From Eledone cirrhosa (lineage: Eukaryota): DNA of 64,000 nucleotides. The position numbers were made by a program, and so were the translations under genes. The stretch's first letter is position 1. Each line of letters begins with the position of its first letter. The stretch is taken from positions 77,872,001 through 77,936,000 of the forward strand of contig OZ024740.1 in NCBI GenBank assembly GCA_964016885.1, read 5' to 3'. Shown here piece after piece: positions 12,474-27,407 of the stretch. The notes beneath the pieces are model-generated. The model did not search any database. It was not told the origin of the DNA and was given only the letters and a program-made list of their open reading frames with translations.

Positions 12474-15400
12474 ATAGTACTGTAAACACTATAGTACTGT
12501 AGAAACTATAGTACTCTAGAGACTGTAGTACTGTAGACACTTTAATACTGTAGACACTATAGTAACGTAGACACTGTAGTACCGTAAACACTGTAGTACC
12601 GTAAACTCAGTAGTACTATAGACACTGTAGTACTGTAGACACTGTACTATTGTAGACATATAGTATTGTAGATGCTTTAGTATTGTAGACTCTATAGTAC
12701 TGTAGACACTATAGTACTGTAGACAATATACTGTAGAGGCTGTAGTACTGTAGATACTATAGTACTGTAGACACTGTAGTACTGTAGAAACAGTAGTACT
12801 GAAGATACTGTAGTACTGCAGACACTGTAGTACTATAGACACTGTAGACACTGTAGTACTCTAGACAATGTAGTACTGCAGACACTGTAGTACTGTAGAC
12901 ATTGTAGTACTGCAGACACTGTAGTATTGTAGACACTATAGTACTGTAGACACTGTAGTACTATAGAGACTGTAGTACTGTAGAAACTATAGTACTGTAG
13001 ACACTGTAGTATTGTAGACACTGTAGGTTTGCAGACACTATAGTAGTGCAGACACGGTAGTACTATATACGCTGTAGTACTGTAGACACTATAGTACTGT
13101 AGACACTGTAATACTGTAGACACTATAGTACTGTACACACTGTAGTACTGTACACACTATAGTACTGTAGACACTGTAGTACTGTAGACACAGTGGTATT
13201 GTAGACACTGTAGTATTGTAGACACTGTAGTACTGTAGACACTATAGTACTGTAGACACTGTGGTACTGTAGACACAGTAGTAATATAGACACTGTAGTA
13301 CTGTACACTCTATAGTACTGTAGACACTATAGTACTGTAGACACAATAGTACTGTAGACACTATAGTACTGTAGACACTATAGTACTGTAGACACTGTAG
13401 TACTGTAGACACTGTAGTACTGTAGACACTGTAGTACTGTAGACACTGTAGTACTGTAGACACTATAGTACTGTACACACTATAGTACTGTAGACACAGT
13501 TGTATTGTAGACACTATAGTACTGAAGACACTGTAGTATTGTATACACTGTAGTATTGTAGAGACTATAGTACTGTAGAGACAGTAGCATTGTAGAAACT
13601 GTAGTATTGCAGACACTCAAATAGTGTAGACACTGTAGTAGTGGAGACACTGTAGTACTATAAACACTGTAGTACTGTAGACATTGCAGTACTGTAGTTC
13701 TGAAGACACTATAGTACTGTAGACACTAAAGTGCTCAAGACACTGTAGTACTGTAGACACTGTATTACTGTAGACACTATAGTATTGTAGGCACAATAGT
13801 ATTGTAGACACAATAGTACTGTAGACACTAGTATTGTAGACACTGTGGTACTATAGACACTGTAGTACTGTAGACACTATAGTATTGTAGACACTATAGT
13901 ATTGTATACACTATAGTAGTGTAGACACTGTAGTACTCTAAACACTATAGTACTGTAGAGACTATAATACTGTAGACACAATAGTATTGTAGACACTGTT
14001 GTACTATAGACACTAGTAGTGCAGACACTATAGTATTGTAGACACTATAGTACTGTAGACACTGTAGTACTGTAGACACTGTAGTACTATAGAGACTGTG
14101 GTTCTGTAGACACGATAGTACTATAGACACTATATTACTGAAGACACTGTAGTACTGTAGACACTGTAGTACTGTAGACACTGTAGTACTATAGACACTA
14201 AAGTATTGTAGACGCTATAGTATTGTTGACACTATAGTATTCTAGAAACTAGTACTGTAGACATTATAGTACTGTAGACACTGTAGTACTATAGACACTG
14301 TAGTAGTGTAGATACTATAATACTGTAGACACTATAGTACTGTAGACACTGTACTACTGTAGACACTGTAGTATTGTGGACACTGTAGTACTGTAGGCAC
14401 TGTAACACTGTAGACACTATAGTCCTGTAGACACTGTAGTACTATAGACCCTATAGTACTGTAGACACTATAGTATTGTAGACACTATTATATGTAGACA
14501 CTGTAGTACTGTAGACACTGTAGCACTGTAGACACAGTAGTATTATAGACACTATAGTACTGCGGAACCTGTAGTACTGTAGACATTATAGTACTGTAGA
14601 CACTATAGTACTGTAGACACTATAGTATTGTAGACACTATAGTACTGTACACAGTGTAGTACTGTAGACATTGTTGTACTGTAGACATTATAGTATTGTA
14701 GACACTATAGTATTGTATACACTATAGTACCGTAGACACTGTAGTACTGGACGCACTATAGTACTGTAGACACTATAGTACTGTAGACACTGTAGTATTG
14801 TAGACACTGTAGTACTGTAGACAATATAGTACTGTAGACACTAGTGTACTGTAGACACAGTAGTATTGTAGACACTCAAGTAGTGTAGACACTGTAGTAG
14901 TGTAGACACTGTAGTACTATATACATTGTAGTTCTGTAGACACTATAGTACTGTACACACTGTAGTACTGTAGACACTGTAGTACTGTAGACACTATAGT
15001 ACTGTAGACACTGTAGTACTGTAGACACTATAGTACTGTAGACACTGTAATACTGAAGACACTATAGTAATGTAGACACTAGTATTGTAGACACTATAGT
15101 ATTGTAGACACTATAGTACTGTAGACATTGTAGTACTGTAGACACTGTAGTACTGTAGACACTGTAGTAGTGTAGACACTATAATACTGTAGACACTATA
15201 GTATTGTAGACACTATAGTATTGTAGACACTGTAGTACTGTAGACACTGTAGTATTTTAGACACTATAGTACTGCAAGCACTGTAGTTGTATAGACACTA
15301 TAGTACTTTAGACACTATAGTATTGTAGACACTATAGTACTGTAGACACTATAGTATTGTAGACACTATAGTACTGTAGACACTATAGTACTGTAGACAC

Positions 15401-18397
15401 TATAGTACTGTAGACACTGTAGTACTGTAAATATTGTAGTACGGTAGACACTATAGTATTGTAGACACTATAGTATTGTAGTATTGTAGACAATAGTATT
15501 GTAGATACTGTATTATTGTAGGGACTATAGTACTGTAGACACAGTAGTATTGTAGACACTGTAGTATTGCAGACACTCAAGTAATGTAGCCACTGTAGTA
15601 GTGTAGACACTGTAGTACTATATACACTGTAGTTCTGTGGACACTATAGTACTGTAGACACTGTAGTACTGTAGACACTATAGTGCTCTACACAGTGTAG
15701 TACTGTAGACACTATAGTACTGTAGACATTATAGTACTGTAGACACTATACTACTGTAGACACTATAGTACTGTAGACACTGTAGTACTGTAGACACTAT
15801 AGTAGTGTAGACGGTATAATACTGTAGACACTGTAGTACTATAGACATTGTAGTACTGTAGACACCATAGTATTGTAGACACTATAGTATTGAAGTACTG
15901 TAGATACTATAGTATAGTAGACACTATATTACTGCAGACACTGTAGTACTATAAACACTGTATTACTGTAGTCACTATAGTACTGTAGACACAGTACTAC
16001 TGTAGACTCTGTATTACTGTAGACACTGTAGTACTGTAGACACTGTAGTACTGTAGACACTATAGTACTGTAGACACGGTAGTTCTGTAGACACTATAGT
16101 ACTGTCGACACTGTAGTACTGTAGACACTATAATACTGAAGGCACTGTAGTATTGTAGGCACTGTAGCATTGTTGACACTATAGTACTGTAAACACTATA
16201 GTACTGTAGACACAGTAGTATTGTAGACACTCAAGTAGTGTAGACACTGTAGTAGTGTAGACACTGTAGTACTATATACACTGTAGTTCTGTAGACACTA
16301 TAGTACTGTAGACACTGTAGTACTGTAGACACTGTAGTACTGTAGACACTATAGTACTGTAGACACTGTAATACTGTAGACACTATAGTAGTGTAGACAC
16401 TAGTATTGTAAACACTGTAGTATTGTAGACACTATAGTACTGTAGACATTGTAGTACTGTAGACACTGTAGTACTGTAGACACTGTAGTACTGTAGACAC
16501 TATAGTACTGTAGACACTGTATTACTGTAGACACTATCGTAATGTAGACACTAGTATTGTAGACACTATAGTATTGTAGACACTATAGTACTGTAGACAC
16601 TGTAGTAGTGTAGACACTATAATACTGTAGACACTATAGTATTGTAGACACTATAGTATTGTAGACGCTGTAGTACTGTAGTCACTGTAGTATTTTAGAC
16701 ACTATAGTACTGCAAGCACCGTAGTAGTGTAGACACTATAGTACTGTAGACACTATAGTATTGTAGACACTATAGTACTGTAGACACTATAGTACTGTAG
16801 ACACTATAGTATTGTAGACACTATAGTACTGTAGACACTATAGTACTGTAGACACTATAATACTGTAGACACTGTAGTACTGTAAACATTGTAGTACTGT
16901 AGACACTATAGTATTGTAGTATTGTAGACAATAGTATTGTAGATACTATCGTACTATAGACACTGTAGAACTGTAGACACTATAGTATTGTAGACACTAT
17001 AGTATTGTATACATTATAATACTGTAGATATTGTAGTACTGTAGACACTATAGCACTGTAGATACTATAGTACTGTAGACACTGTAGTACTATAGACACT
17101 GTAGTACTGTAGACACTTTAGTATTGTAGACACTGTAGTACTGTAGACACTATAGTACTGTAAACACTATAGTACTGTAGACACTGTATTATTGTAGGGA
17201 CTATAGTACTGTAGACACAGTAGTATTGTAGACACTGTAGTATTGCAGACACTCAAGTAGTGTAGACACTGTAGTAGTGTAGACACTGTAGTACTATATA
17301 CACTGTAGTTCTGTGGGCACTATAGTACTCTAGACACTGTAGAACTGTAGACACTATAGTGCTCTAGACAGTGTAGTACTGTAGACACTATAGTACTGTA
17401 GACACTATAGTACTTTAGACACTATACTACTGTAGACACTATAGTACTGTAGTCACTGTAGTACTGTAGACACTATAGTACTGTAGACGCTATAATACTG
17501 TAGACACTGTAGTACTATAGACATTGTAGTACTGTAGACACCATAGTATTGTAGACACTATAGTATTGAAGTACTGTAGACACTATAGTATAGTAGACAC
17601 TATATTACTGCAGACACTGTAGCTCTATAAACACTGTATTACTGTAGTCACTATAGTACTGTAGACACAGTACTACTGTAGACTCTGTATTACTGTAGAC
17701 ACTGTAGTACTGTAGACACTGTAGTACTGTAGACACTATAGTACTGTAGACACGGTAGTTCTGTAGACACTATAGTACTGTCGACACTGTAGTACTGTAG
17801 ACACTATAATACTGAAGGCACTGTAGTATTGTAGGCACTGTAGCATTGTTGACACTATAGTATTGTAGACACTGTAGTACTGTAGGCACTATAGTACTAT
17901 AGACACTATAATACTGTAGACACTGAAGTATTGTAGACACTATAGTACTGTAGACACTATAGTACTGTAGACACTATATTACTGCAGACACTATAATACT
18001 ATAAACACTATAGTGTTGTAGACTATATAGTACTGCAGTCACTATAATACTGTAAACCCTATAGTATTGTAGACACTGTAATACTGTAGACACTGTATTA
18101 CTGTTGACACTATAGTACTGTAGACACTGTAGTACTGTAGATACTATAGTATTGTAGACACTATAGTACTGTAGACACTGTAGTACTGTAGACACTGTAG
18201 TACTGTAGACACTATAGTATTGTAGACACTATAGTACTGTAGACACTGTAGTACTGCAGACACTATAGTACTGTAGACACTATAGTACTGTAGACACTAT
18301 AGTACTGTAGACACCTTAGTAGTGTAGACACTATAGTACTGTAGACACTATAGCATTGTAGACACTGTAGTACAGTAGACACTGTAGTACTGTAGAC
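12474..18397 (+). repeat. 17-bp minisatellite array, ~5.9 kb, consensus GACACT(G/A)TAGTACTGTA
   Basis: Direct reading; the 17-aa periodicity (STVLQCLQYYSVYSTIV) of the spurious ORFs equals 3 x 17 nt. Confidence 0.97.
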
Positions 18398-18849
18398 CGT
18401 GTGTAATGTTGTACAAGATGTCATATCTTATAGAATATAATGTTGTATGTGTAGTACTGATTTATTCTACTGTACAGTGTATAGTGTTTTATATGTAGTA
18501 ACAACGTGTAGGCTTGTAATGTTTACAACATTATACATGTAATTTGAAAATTTGAATATGTCGTATTCTGAAACGTAGAACAAACCTTATGAATAGTCTT
18601 TGTGAAATTGGGTAATTTACCCATTAAGATGGAAATTAGTGGCCATAGTCTTAATGTTTAGTGCTGTATGTGTAGTTTTGTAGATGGTGTATGGTTTTAG
18701 AGCGTGTAGTGTCTGTATAAAATATTTCTGTAATATTTATGTCCGTTGTTGTAGAATGTGTTGTATTGTAGGTGAGTTTTCTTGATATGTAAGGAATCTC
18801 TGGTGTTTCATATTGTTAACAATGCTAGGTCATCGTGTTCTTACGACAG

Positions 18850-19216
18850 AATGTCGTTGTTATTGTTGCTGTTGCCTTACTTCATTTTGTCCATGCCATT
18901 GTTGTTATTTACTTATTGCTATTGTTAATGGTGTTGCTGTTGTTGTTGTTGTTGCTGTTGTTGTTGTTGCTGTTGCTGTTGCCATTGTTGGCTGCTGTTA
19001 TCGACGACGTTGTCGTTGCGGTTGTTGTTGCTGCTGCTCTTGTCATTGTTGTTGTCGTCGTCATTGTTGTTGTTGTTGCTGTTGCCATTATTGTTGCTGC
19101 TTTTGTTGCTGTTGTCGTCATTGCCGCATTGGTTATTTTTGTTGCTACTTTTGTTGTTGTTGTTGTTGTTGTCGTCGTTGTTGTTGTTGTTGTTGTTGTC
19201 GTCGTCGTTGTCGTCG

Positions 19217-19248
<32 letters not shown>

Positions 19249-19440
19249 ACCATTGTTGCTGCTGTCGTCGTTGTCGCATTGGTTGTTTTTATTGTTGCCG
19301 TTATTATTATCATTTTTTTTATATTGGTTATAAATATTGCTATGAACATTGTTGCTTTTCTTGTTTCTCTTGTTATTATGTTCGTGTTGGTTGGTGCTCC
19401 CATTGTTGTCGTCACTGCTGTTGCTGTTTTCATGTTCTTG
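18850..19440 (+). repeat. Cryptic (GTT/GCT/GTC)n trinucleotide region
   Basis: Direct reading; source of the poly-C/V/L/T ORFs. Confidence 0.9.
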
Positions 19441-19624
19441 TTCGAATTTCAGTTCACTTTTTCCTTTGTTTGTTTTTCAAATATTTTGCATAATTTTCGA
19501 GACACGCCGACATATAGAGTGATGTAAAGAATTTCACACATACGTACATACACACACATACATACATACATACATACATACATACATACATACATACATA
19601 CATACATACATACATACATACATA

Positions 19625-19765
19625 GTAAGGGTAAAGACCCCCTTCGGTCACGAATAACCATGGGATTTGCGCGTAGAAAGTTACCCTCTGAGACAAGCCG
19701 GGGCAAGATAGTTTGTGGAAAACCAGCAGTCGCCCATGGATACCAGTCTCCCCGCTCCACGTCAA
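19625..19765 (-). mobile_element. Short retroposon 3' fragment embedded in (CATA)n
   Basis: Unique ~140-bp island agtaagggtaaagacccccttcggtcacgaataacc... between two (CATA)n runs; resembles an RTE-type 3' end. Family assignment is tentative. Confidence 0.5.
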
Positions 19766-19812
19766 TACATACATACATACAGACAGACATTCAAACATAT
19801 ATACGTACGTAC

Positions 19813-19843
<31 letters not shown>

Positions 19844-19873
19844 CATACATACATACATACATACATACATACA

Positions 19874-20414
19874 TGATGGCTGCCCCTCGTTATCGAGTAT
19901 GGCCATTGCACGATATATCATTATTAATAATTATTAATTAATTCTATCGTGCAATGCCTGTGCGTGTAGATACTTGTTAAAGTGAGGAAAGACTGTGCAC
20001 TGAGCCAACCCCACTCTCTGGGCGACAGTAGCTATAACCCGAAGAGAAGAAAAGATCAACATCATCGGTAACTACTGAGCCGCAGGTTTTATATCGGAGT
20101 TATCCCAGTTTCCTGAGTTGCCTTCTAGAAGAATGCCCTGACAAAGGCTAGGGGTCCTTCACTCCCAGTGGTTTCACCGCGCGGTGCATGTGTATATAGA
20201 TATGTACACACTTTTAGATGGCCGTTGACTCTTATGAGTTCTTCCGCCCTATGTCGGGTCACTCATGAGTGCTACTGGTAACATGTAACCCAGTACAACC
20301 TGTTACATGGTCGGGTCGTCGGCGACTGAACCGGCAACCCCACCAAGTTTACTTGGTGAGGAGGGTGATTTTGGACATCCTGCAGGACAAAAAACAAACC
20401 TGACAAAGGGCGAA
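19874..20414 (-). mobile_element. RTE-derived family 2 with inverted 5' segment
   Basis: 3' end (minus) is ctcgataacgaggggcagccatca(tgta)n; 19874-20255 is in minus orientation and 20255-20414 is the 5' module in plus orientation. Confidence 0.8.
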
Positions 20415-20436
20415 CATACATACATACATACATACA

Positions 20437-20868
20437 TGGTGGCTGCCAACTCGTTTTCGAGTACGGCCACTACTTTATATCCATGTAGGAGAACCCCTAC
20501 CGATGCGCTGAACGAGTGTGACTTTTTAGTCCAGCCAGCGACTTGAAAACTCTGGTACAAACACTACACTTGTGACAATTATTGACACATAGTGCTGGGC
20601 CCATGGTACCATGTGACGACAAGTGCAGAGAGATCTCCAGATATAAAGCAATGCCTGTGCCGTGAAGCTTTTATAGTGAGCAAAGGCACTGCACAAAGCC
20701 AGTCCCACTCTCTTAACCAAGATGATATTTACCAAAAAGAAGAACGAGTCAACATCATTGGATACCATCAGGGTTGCAGGTGTTATATCAGAGTTTTCCT
20801 TCCCCTAGAATTCTGCCTTGACAAAGGCTAAGGGTTCATCTCTCCCGGTGATTTTGGATGGCCATTGA
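20437..20868 (-). mobile_element. RTE-derived family 1, 5'-truncated
   Basis: Identical 3' end; stops at gccattga followed by (CATA)n. Confidence 0.85.
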
Positions 20869-20910
20869 CATACATACATACATACATACATACATACATA
20901 CATACATACA

Positions 20911-22008
20911 TCATTGGCTCACAGGAGGACAGAAATACGAACCTAACCCATAATTTCTTTGTAGATGATTTGAGACGCTATGCCAAGAACATGGATGGGA
21001 TGAAGAAAAATCAACGTTCTCAAAGGACATAGGAATGGAGTTTGGCCAAGATAAATGCTCATATATGACTGTAAAGCGGGGAAAACCACAACCCAATCTA
21101 GAAACATTGTCATCAATGACCTGACTGTTTCACCGATATCTGATGAGGACTGCTACAGATACCTGGGGATAGATGAGAACATATCCTATAATGGTATCTG
21201 TAATAAAGAACGCGTAACCAGGGAATACTAGACCCGATTAAGAAAGATTTGGTCATCGGAACTCTCTGCGCAAAACAAAACAGTGGCTTACAATGGGTTT
21301 GCTGTGTCTGTCCTATCACCAACGTTTGGAATACTCAATTGGACGATAGACGAAATCCGAGCAGTTGATGTTGGAACTCGAAAAATACTAAACAACACCG
21401 GAACCTTGCACATCAACTGTGACATAGACCGCCTTTACTTGAAACGTAATCAGGGAGGCAGAGGCCTAACATTAGTCCAGACAGCATTTGAATGTCGCAT
21501 CATATCCCTCTGACAACATCTACGATTAGAGATTAGAGAAAAGGAGAACATTTATGCGGAACTGATGAGATATCTGCAGATACTCCACCCTGATTACACC
21601 TTCAGATGTGTGTCTGTTATTATTGGGACACTGGGGTATGTTAGTAACTGCCTCAATACAAATCTTGAGAAGCTAGGCTTCACAGGAACAGAAAGAACAC
21701 AACTAGTTAGGAAATTACAAGTACAATCTATTAATGGAACAGTAAAAATATGTAAAACATTCCAAAAATGTTGCATCTAATAACTGCATATACACATTTA
21801 CAGATACAAAGCATATACACATGCACACATACAACTCAAAACATACACATCCACACATACAATAACATCCATATCTACACATGCAGGCATGCATACATAA
21901 TCTACCTAGTTGATGTTGTGTAAATTCGAATGAGAGAGGCTTGTGTCTATGTTAGAAACCGACTCTCTCTCTCTATTTGTAAACATTTGTGAAATTATAA
22001 AACCAGAA
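20911..22008 (+). mobile_element. R4/Dong-like LINE lineage 1, 5'-truncated and internally deleted
   Basis: 20911-21525 matches RT-region 57586-58211 (THNFFVDD...YRYLG...); it then jumps to EKENIYAELMR...KICKTF and the 3'UTR ending gaaattataaaaccagaa(cata)n. Confidence 0.9.
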
Positions 22009-22079
22009 CATACATACATACATACATACATACATACATACATACATACATACATACATACATACATACATACATACAA

Positions 22080-22467
22080 CTCATGCATGTTATCCAACCC
22101 TCTTGCTCGGCGTCTACCCTGGGTCACATGCTGGCTGATTTTTTCCGTAAAATCTGTCCAGTGATTCTTTCCTGGGACATTCTAACCACATGTCCATAAT
22201 ATCGGAGCTTTGATCTGTCAATTCGTAGGAGTAGCAGATCTACCCGGAGTGCTTCTCTGATCTCCAAGCTACAAACTCTGTCAAGTAATATTACTCCAAA
22301 GACTCTTCGGAAGAACCATATTGCGGCCGTTTGTATTCGATTCGTGATCGTATTCTTTCGGTCATTACCCAAGATTCATGACCATAGGTAAGGGTTAGCC
22401 CGAATACCGAATTGAAGTTAGCGAATTTGACCTTTACACATACCTCCCTTCTTCTGATTCCCGAATA
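22080..22467 (-). mobile_element. Expander/Rex3-like RTE fragment
   Basis: Frames give KVKFANFNSVFGLTLTYGHESWVMTERIRSRI and FFRRVFGVILLDRVCSLEIREALRVDLLLLRIDRSKLRYYGHVVRM, with the RTE motifs L.YG.ESW and GHV.RM. Confidence 0.85.
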
Positions 22468-22816
22468 CAGGAGCTGGCGCATTACTGTACTTGCGGTTGG
22501 ATTTAGACCTTGAAGGCCCGTGGCACTTCCGGTTTCTGGGGGCCCGGGTCACTTCAGGTTTGAGGGGGCCCCTTATATACAAATAATTAGAATCCACAGC
22601 CCCCACTCCCCAAGTTTACATATCAAAGTTACCTTGACACAAGTAATTGTAATTGAAAAGTTATACAGACAGGCATTAAATTAAAAATTCTAACCATCCT
22701 GAAATTAAAAGGCCCAGCTGAGGGAACAAATAAATTGCTCCAGGCGTCGCTGGTAGGGCCCCCACTGCAAGGGACCCGGGGCTATTACCCCTTTTGCCGA
22801 ACTGCACTAGCTCCTG
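22468..22816. mobile_element. Putative hAT-like MITE
   Basis: Terminal inverted repeats caggagctggcgca and tgcactagctcctg, with subterminal gggccc motifs; no clean TSD seen. Confidence 0.6.
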
Positions 22817-23121
22817 AAATTCCTGGGAAATTATTATGTATGAAATTTAACTATACAAAGTTGTGTAACAACTCTGATCATTTAAGGTTCAGTAATGAGC
22901 CATGCTGAGGTGTGTGTGCTAGAGGGCTACCCACTAGCCTTTATGGCAGCAGCGGCCCTGCATATATGCATCCAAACAGGGACACAGACGAACAGACGCA
23001 CATATATGCAGGCATACAACCACATACGAATGTACATGCCCACACATATGTGTGTGGATGTATATGTATATATATTTGTATCTATATATTTATGCATATA
23101 TATATATACACATACACACAC

Positions 23122-24056
<935 letters not shown>

Positions 24057-24064
24057 TATGTATG

Positions 24065-24127
<63 letters not shown>

Positions 24128-24163
24128 TATATATATATATATATATATATTCATATATATATA

Positions 24164-24309
<146 letters not shown>

Positions 24310-24350
24310 TATAGTGTATATATATATATATATATATATTCATATATATA

Positions 24351-24493
<143 letters not shown>

Positions 24494-24546
24494 TCGCAGA
24501 CACACACATGTATGTATGTATGTATGTATGTTCGCAGACACACACA

Positions 24547-24582
<36 letters not shown>

Positions 24583-25014
24583 CAGATAGTATGAAAGAGA
24601 TGAGACTGATAGAACAAGAAAGAAAGGAAGAGAGAAACAAATAACAAACAAACAATCAAACAAACAAACAAAGAAAAGAAAGGAAAGTATGAATAAAAGA
24701 ATGAAGTTTGGCGCGCAAACGTAAGAGGCATCAAATAGATTTATGTCAGAGTGTGTAAAGGGACGGAATGTTGTAATATGTAAAAAGGGAGGAGAGGGAT
24801 GTGAGGCGAAGGGTGTTGTAGGTGGAGGCAAGTACGCGTATTAGAGGTATAGAGGAAGTGTGTGCATGTGTGTACGTGTCTGTGTCTGTGTGTGTGTGGG
24901 GGGGGGGGTTCATGAATGGACTGTATTTGAGTGATATGAGATTTGAATAAAACATTAATTGTATGATTCGTTGTGGCGGGTGCCTGGATAATATATAAAT
25001 ATATATATATAATA

Positions 25015-25087
<73 letters not shown>

Positions 25088-25249
25088 ATATGTATATATA
25101 TGAGATATATATAATGAATATGTGTATGCGTATATGTATGCGTATATATGTATATATGTGTATGTATGCATGCGTATATATGTATATATATGTATGTATG
25201 CGTACATATGTATTTATATATATATATATATATATACATATATATAAAT

Positions 25250-25312
<63 letters not shown>

Positions 25313-25380
25313 CTTATATATTCCAATACTGGAATTGAAATATCAAGACCGTAGAGGTATGTCATATATCAAATCATATA

Positions 25381-25446
25381 TTTTATCTGACGAGGACGTA
25401 CTGAAAAAAAACAACTCAGTACCTTCGAGATATATATATAATAAAG
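25381..25446 (+). ncRNA. Hammerhead-like ribozyme motif with degenerate GAAA
   Basis: tttat-CTGACGA-gga-c-gtactga...tcagtac-cttc-GAGA-tatatatata-ataaag; stem I tttat/ataaa and stem II gtactga/tcagtac. A diverged sibling with the same downstream tail lies at about 1101-1208. Confidence 0.55.
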
Positions 25447-25493
25447 CATATATTTTGATTATGTGAATATCTTCATTTGTTAATATTCTGAAT

Positions 25494-25576
<83 letters not shown>

Positions 25577-25723
25577 CTAATATAATTGTACGTTTAATCA
25601 ATACATATAAGATATGTATCAATAATGATCCTCAGAAAAAACACGAAAGTCTTTTGTTTTAGAGCATCCATAATAGAAAATAATTTTAAACGATATATAT
25701 ATATTTTTTAACAGAGACTTAAA

Positions 25724-25847
25724 CATACTGACGAAGAGAGCCATAGTCTTAATTGATCCTTCACCATAATCGATGATTGGTGATCGATACCAATCATTGT
25801 AATCGATGGTGAATTCTTTTTGGTCCTCGGAAACTGATCTGTCTGTG
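25724..25847 (+). ncRNA. Type I hammerhead ribozyme with intact core and ~95-nt stem II
   Basis: cata-CTGACGA(25728)-a-gag-agcca...tcaccat..atgattggt-gatcgat-accaatcat..atggtga...tggtc-ctc-g-GAAAC(25830)-tgatct-GTC(25841)-tgtg. Confidence 0.75.
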
Positions 25848-25975
25848 ATTGGATGGTCATATTTGGAAGTACGACCATTTAAATATAACGCATTCGTTGT
25901 GTGAGCAATGTTTTTAATATTTTTTCTATATTTATATATGTATTAAAGCCTGGTTACTTTCTCAAATGATATATG

Positions 25976-26028
<53 letters not shown>

Positions 26029-26150
26029 CCGAGGACCGTGCGATTTCAGAGTCAGGTTTGATCACCATATCGATCGTGCCTCGAGCTGGTCGCCCGAGAA
26101 ACAATTGTAATAAGTCCAATAAATTCCCTTCGTTGCAACACTGATTCTCT
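26029..26150 (+). ncRNA. Long-stem-II hammerhead-like element, family H1 copy
   Basis: CCGAGGA...gatttcagagtcagg...atcgatcg...ctcgagctggtcg...GAAAC-aatt-GTA followed by aataaa; homologous to 38264-38357 (-) and 39850-39941 (+). Confidence 0.6.
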
Positions 26151-26352
26151 TTTTTCTGTGATATATATATTATATATATATATATATATGTGTATATATA
26201 TATATATGTATATATGTATATATATATATAGCTAATAAATGAAACAAAACAAAACTAACACATGAATGCAAAGTAAACATTCGTTGTGGCGGGTGCTTGG
26301 ATAATATATATACATATATATATATATGTGTGTGTGTATGTGTGAGTGTGTG

Positions 26353-26389
<37 letters not shown>

Positions 26390-26546
26390 GTGTATGTGTA
26401 TATGTATATATATGGATATATATGGATATACGTATGTGAATATATGTATATATGTGTATGTATGCATATGTTTATATTTATATACTGTATATATAATGTT
26501 TATATTTATATATATATATATGTTTGTGTATGTATATATGTATATA

Positions 26547-26634
<88 letters not shown>

Positions 26635-26635
26635 T

Positions 26636-26748
26636 ATATAGATGAGATTCTACAGGACTAGAACTGTTTCATTCTTTAGAAATCATCAGGATTCCTGATG
26701 ATTTCTAAAGAATGAAACAGTTCTAGTCCTGTAGAATCTCATCTATAT
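26636..26748. repeat. Perfect 113-bp palindrome (56-bp arms, 1-nt centre at 26692) containing a minimal hammerhead core
   Basis: atatagatgagattctacaggactagaactgtttcattctttagaaatcatcagga-t-tcctgatgatttctaaagaatgaaacagttctagtcctgtagaatctcatctatat, with CTGATGA at 26695 and GAAAC at 26714. Confidence 0.92.
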
Positions 26749-26826
26749 TAAAACATTTATACTCTGCAATGTATTGAGTACCTTACTTACTGTGGTTACC
26801 TCCGATTCAACCCGGAATAACGTACT

Positions 26827-26865
<39 letters not shown>

Positions 26866-26881
26866 TATATGTTTGTGTGTG

Positions 26882-27071
<190 letters not shown>

Positions 27072-27407
27072 TATATGAACAGCAATGAACTAATTAACTA
27101 CCTATCTCTGACTTGCGTCTTGTTTTCATTGTCCTATACACAAACATGGATATATTTATATGTATGTGTGTCTGTGTGTAATTGTTTTATATGATGTTGA
27201 CTAACTAGGGTTGCGTATGCAACACCCCTATCAGTAAAGGGTGATGTAATTAGGGTCAAGCACTCAACGTCATGCGTATCCTTCCGTTTCTGATGTGGTA
27301 GTCTATGATGTAGTTTACATCCAATAATGATAAAAATGTGAATGCTAGATGTAGATATTCATATTTCATCTCATTCATAGTTCATTTTATTCCATAATCC
27401 ACGCATT

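Noticed and set aside
12474-18397. Regular short repeats as a CRISPR array or coding repeat
   Set aside because: Head-to-tail units with no unique spacers, no cas genes, a eukaryotic context and frequent stops.
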